Positions 47,562 to 48,320 of a DNA stretch of 48,320 nucleotides are shown here, in pieces. The DNA is taken from NCBI GenBank assembly GCA_046757025.1, contig JBHHXN010000021.1, positions 1-48,320 of the forward strand. The letters are read 5' to 3'. Under the pieces are notes generated by a model. The model had not been told where the DNA came from and did not search any database. It saw only the letters and a program-made list of their open reading frames with translations. Position 1 is the stretch's first letter; every line of letters starts with the position of its first letter. A program made the position numbers and the translations under genes. The DNA is from a bacterium. Lineage in GTDB: Bacteria > Zhuqueibacterota > Zhuqueibacteria > Oceanimicrobiales > Oceanimicrobiaceae.

Positions 47562-48238
47562 GCTTCCAAAACTTTCATCATGTAGCCGACACCGCGAATG
47601 GTGTGAATCAGCGGCCGTTTCGAGCCGCAATCCAGCTTGAGTCGCAATCGGTTGATGTAAACTTCGATGACGTTGGTGTTGGTGTCTGCAAACACTTTCC
47701 AAACATTCTCGAAGATGTCGGACTTGGTCACTACTTTGCCTGTGTTACTCAGCAAATACTCTAACAAGCAAAACTCCCGGTCTGAAAGGAAAATAAAGGA
47801 GCCGCCTCGTTTCACTTCCCGGCGCACCGGCGCCAGCTCCAGATCGTCCAATACCATCTTTTGAGTCAGCGGCATGGAAGAAGTTCGGCGCAGTAGCGCT
47901 CGAATTCGCGCCAGAAGCTCTGCAAACGAGAAAGGCTTCACGATGTAATCATCCACACCGTTGTCTAACGCAGAGATGACATCGTTGGTGTTATCCATGC
48001 AGGTTACCATTATCACCGGCACTTGCACCCCCTGCTTGCGCCAGTGGCGACAAAGCTCCAGACCGCTTTTACCAGGAAGCAGCCAGTCCAACAAGATCAA
48101 GCCGTATTCGTTAACCGAAACCAAGCGTTCGCCCTGCTCGGCGTCTTCGGCAATGTCCACGGTATAGCCGGCTTCTTTCAGCACTTTACGAGTAAAATTC
48201 GCAACCCGTTTTTCGTCTTCAACAATTAAAACTCGCAT
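47558..48238 (-). CDS. OmpR/PhoB-family response regulator
   Basis: LIVEDE, LLDWLLP, DDYIVKPF, winged-helix IHTIRGVGY. Confidence 0.95.
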   Translation of the reverse strand: MRVLIVEDEKRVANFTRKVLKEAGYTVDIAEDAEQGERLVSVNEYGLILLDWLLPGKSGLELCRHWRKQGVQVPVIMVTCMDNTNDVISALDNGVDDYIVKPFSFAELLARIRALLRRTSSMPLTQKMVLDDLELAPVRREVKRGGSFIFLSDREFCLLEYLLSNTGKVVTKSDIFENVWKVFADTNTNVIEVYINRLRLKLDCGSKRPLIHTIRGVGYMMKVLEA

Positions 48239-48320
48239 TACAACCTCAGTGCATTTTTTATAATGTAACTGTAGTTTGGCAAATTTTCATAATTATGTAA
48301 ACTTGAATGCAATTTTATTC

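Noticed and set aside
47562..47702. N-terminal extension of the porin in the ORF track
   Set aside because: It overlaps the regulator gene; the ATGA-coupled start at 47561 gives a proper signal peptide.

Overview
Bacterial genomic window. The FlgD/T9SS-like C-terminal sorting domains, PorV/PorQ-family gene and REP-like elements suggest an FCB-group organism such as KSB1 or Calditrichota (inference). (1) 1-21.2 kb, minus strand: a ~16.6 kb operon of two giant Cys-containing FN3/Ig-repeat secreted proteins with C-terminal sorting-like domains, a PorV/PorQ-family barrel with a helical extension, an ExbB/TolQ protein with an extra N-terminal domain, two ExbD proteins, a short TonB-like protein and a TPR+NHL protein. 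It is followed by a separately promoted paralog of the largest protein, which the ORF track missed because it runs off the window. This is the best candidate for an undescribed PMF-driven secretion or surface-assembly system. (2) A K+ channel, then a phage-free four-gene cassette: holin-like/amidase fusion, holin-like paralog, membrane coiled-coil protein and a secreted coiled-coil protein with a beta-strand tail. (3) SDR and glutamate dehydrogenase, then an AT-rich accessory island (29.4-32.4 kb) with attC-like sites, a palindrome-interrupted gene and two diverged ~250-bp structured repeats. (4) Housekeeping genes: trxA, S9 peptidase, NatAB-like ABC transporter, ddl, penicillin-acylase family, and a response regulator/porin/small binding protein/histidine kinase operon. 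No rRNA, tRNA, CRISPR, integrase or transposase was found. All family calls are from motif recognition, not database searches.
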